The notes under the pieces are model-generated. The model had not been told where the DNA came from and made no database searches. It saw only the letters and a list, made by a program, of their open reading frames with translations. Position numbers and translations under genes: made by a program. From Octopus vulgaris (taxonomy: Eukaryota): a stretch of 64,000 nucleotides of DNA. The stretch is taken from NCBI GenBank assembly GCA_951406725.2, contig OX597832.1, positions 53,072,001-53,136,000 on the forward strand, given 5' to 3'. Below, piece after piece: positions 61,220-64,000 of this stretch (the stretch's first letter is position 1; each line of letters begins with the position of its first letter).

Positions 61220-62879
61220 CTAGAAAAAGAAACAAATTGAAATAAAAATTAATCAAACTGAGTAATCAGATCATATGCAAGAGTATTTGATTACAGAACT
61301 GTTAATAACAATCAACTCATCAACTGAAAGGTGTGGGTGTGGCTGTGTGGTGAGAGGTTTGCTTCTCAACCACATGGTCATAGGTTCAGTCCCACTGTGT
61401 GGCACCTTAAGCAAGTGTCTTCTACCTTAACCTCAGGGTGACCAAAGCCTTGTGAGTGGATGACAGATGGAAACTGAAAAAAGCCCGTTGTATCTGTGTG
61501 TCTTTGTTTGTCCTTGACAACTGGTATTGGTGTGCTTAGCAACTCAGCAAAAGAACTGAGCAGCTCAGCAAAAGAGACCAATAGAAAAAGTACCAGGTTT
61601 AATAAGGCCCAACCTTCTGAGTGCTTTCACAGGACTTAGAAAAACTGAAGGACTGCTGCAATAAGTCTGTGAATCTGAGAGGGGAATATGTTGAATAAAA
61701 TCATAATTAACTGATCCTCCTGTACTTTCTTTGACCCAAGAGTCAATTTGTTTGACTAAAATTTTTCAAGGTGGTGCCCAAGCATGGCCAAAGTCGAATG
61801 AGTGAAACAAGGCAAATATAGAAGATATTATGCATGTATAACAACCCTCATTCATGTATAACGCAACCCTGTTAATTATGGGAAGGGAAATCCTGGATAG
61901 CAATATCTCTCGTATATACCACATACTGACTTTTCTTAAGAGTTACGATGTATGGGAAAAGAAGTTCGTAGTTAAATTCATTTGAATCATGGTAGAAAAT
62001 ACATTGGAAATGTTCACATGTTCTTAATGAAACGGAATCAAACACACATAGACAAGGTATGTGTTGTTAGTTTGGGAGTAGACAGCAGTTTTAGGTGTAA
62101 GAGAATATATTCTTTAAGCGCCTGGTGTAAAAAAAAACACCTGAATTTAAGTCATAGTCAAGTGAGACAACTCATATAGATCCCTAAGAGTGACTCATAT
62201 AGATCCCTAAGATGTGACTTATCAATGCTGCATACTGAACAAGGCCCACTGCAAGCTATATTGCCGAGTACGACTATATGCTAAATGGTTTAAACACCAT
62301 CTACTAGCATGTCCCAACGTTTGAGCCTTGTTTGGTATGCGGCACTGATAAGTCACAACAATGGCAAAACATTGGTGTCTGTTGGTCTAAGAAGGAAGGA
62401 ACCTATGTGAGTTGTCTTGCTTGACTATCACTTACTTCCAGGTGTTTTTTAACACTAGGCGCATAGAGAATATATTTGTATTTGTGGATGTACCTCTGTC
62501 TCCTTTGTATGTATATGTTCAAGTATGTCTGTATGTATGGGTTTCTGTGACTATGTATGTGCGTCTGTTATGTATGGATGTGTGTCTCCATATGTGTCCT
62601 TGTGTGTATGTGAGTGTGAAGTGTACATATGGTCATGTGTTTCAGTCTTCATTTGTGTATGTATGTGTGCTTGTCTGTCCGTATTACCTATCTAACTGTT
62701 TACTTACATATTCATTTACCTACCTACGCACACACACACACACATATATACATATATATATACATATATATACATATACACACATATATATATATATCTA
62801 TATATATACATATATATATATACATATATATATATACATATATATATGTCTACATAACAGCCAACTAACAACTCTACCA

Positions 62880-63175
62880 GAGTATATATAAACTGTAGGT
62901 ATAGGGGTATCACTACCTTCAACATATATTTCCTGTTTAATACTGGGGATGTATCATTAATGTCTGTGTGTTGGGTCCTTTGGGTGCTTAGATAAAATGC
63001 GGACGTCAAGTTGACCCAGTGTGCCTACATGGTGGTCTTTGGCATGTTGGTAGAGTATGGAGGACTGTTTTTTATTGTCATATTGTCTCAAATGTTCCTT
63101 TAGTCTTTCCACAATGCTTCTAGATGTCTCACCTATGTATATCATGTTCTTGTCTTTACAAGCACCTGCTATGCT
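62880..63175 (-). mobile_element. Penelope-like element GIY-YIG endonuclease fragment
   Basis: ORF 62957..63145 IYIGETSRSIVERLKEH...SILYQHAKDHH. Confidence 0.8.
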
Positions 63176-63411
63176 ACATTTCTAGTTCTGCAGTTAATGC
63201 CAGGGTTAATCTTACATACCATCCAGTTATCATTGGGACATGTGGTACCCTCAAAGGAGCATGTTCCACATAGTTGTGATCTGATGGAGCTCCCTGGCTT
63301 TTGATAGAGAACCTTTGATCATGGACCTTGTAGCTGTAGCCAGCTATTTTTGAGTGGAAGGAAGTAGGTAATGATTTAAGTCTTGCATATAAGAAAACTG
63401 CAGTGTGTGTG

Positions 63412-63631
63412 TATGAGGGGGCGCTGAAAAGTTTCAGGCTAAAGGGTATTGAAAAAGGCCAGGTTGGCGGCCCAACCTTCTGAGTTCTTTCACAGGACTT
63501 AGAAAAACTGAAGGACTGCTGCAATAAATTTGTGAATCTGAGAGGGGAATATGTTGAATAAAATCATAATTAACTGATCTTCCTCTATTTTCTTTTACCC
63601 AAAGCCAGGAACTTTTCAGCACTCCCTCATA
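63412..63631. mobile_element. Tc1/mariner-type MITE
   Basis: TA-TGAGGGGGCGCTGAAAAGTT...AACTTTTCAGCACTCCCTCA-TA. A partial copy sits inside the SINE at about 61600-61740. Confidence 0.8.
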
Positions 63632-64000
63632 CATAGACACATGTTGATGGCTCCATCTTGTAAGAAGAGTACCATCCCTTCACTGAACCTAGCACAACCA
63701 TGTGTGCAAAGGTGGCTTTTCAGTCCAGTTTCCACCAATGTAAGGGAATAGAATGGGTATATTATTAATACAATATCATAAATTAAGCTCCATTTATGGC
63801 CAAAATGTTACAAGAGTGAGTTTTTTTTAAATTAACCAACACTCGTGGACATACTTAAAAAATCAAAAAACAACACGGCACCCCTGATTTTTGTAAACAT
63901 TTTTTCACAGTGAGAACTGTTGAACCATGGAATAAACTATTTGCATCAGTTGTTAGCAGTCAAGACTTCCATGCTTCTTGAAATTCACCAACAGTGCACC

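Overview
AT-rich, repeat-dense eukaryotic DNA. The SINE, MITE and microsatellite content suggests an Octopus (cephalopod) genome; this is inference. There are two host genes, both on the minus strand. (1) An importin alpha-3 class gene (KPNA3/KPNA4-like): 11 coding exons, all GT-AG, run from the ATG at 37935 down to 2135 and give 1197 nt (399 aa); the 3' exons lie before position 1. Its promoter is near 38.0-38.1 kb. (2) The terminal exon of an ankyrin-repeat/SOCS-box protein (60774-61219). The rest is mostly mobile DNA: tRNA-derived SINE families, an RTE LINE remnant and its 3'-UTR repeat family, CR1/Jockey-like 3' ends, two RLE-type non-LTR fragments (HERO-like and R4/Dong-like), Penelope-like remnants, a decayed full-length mariner, piggyBac/hAT/mariner MITEs and non-autonomous Helitrons. 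The most striking observation is a complete set of hammerhead ribozyme parts in the 3' UTR of the HERO-like element (7958-8023, minus), arranged in a strand order that fits none of types I, II or III. Also notable: minimal Penelope-type hammerheads and an internally deleted tRNA-Asp copy between SINE fragments.
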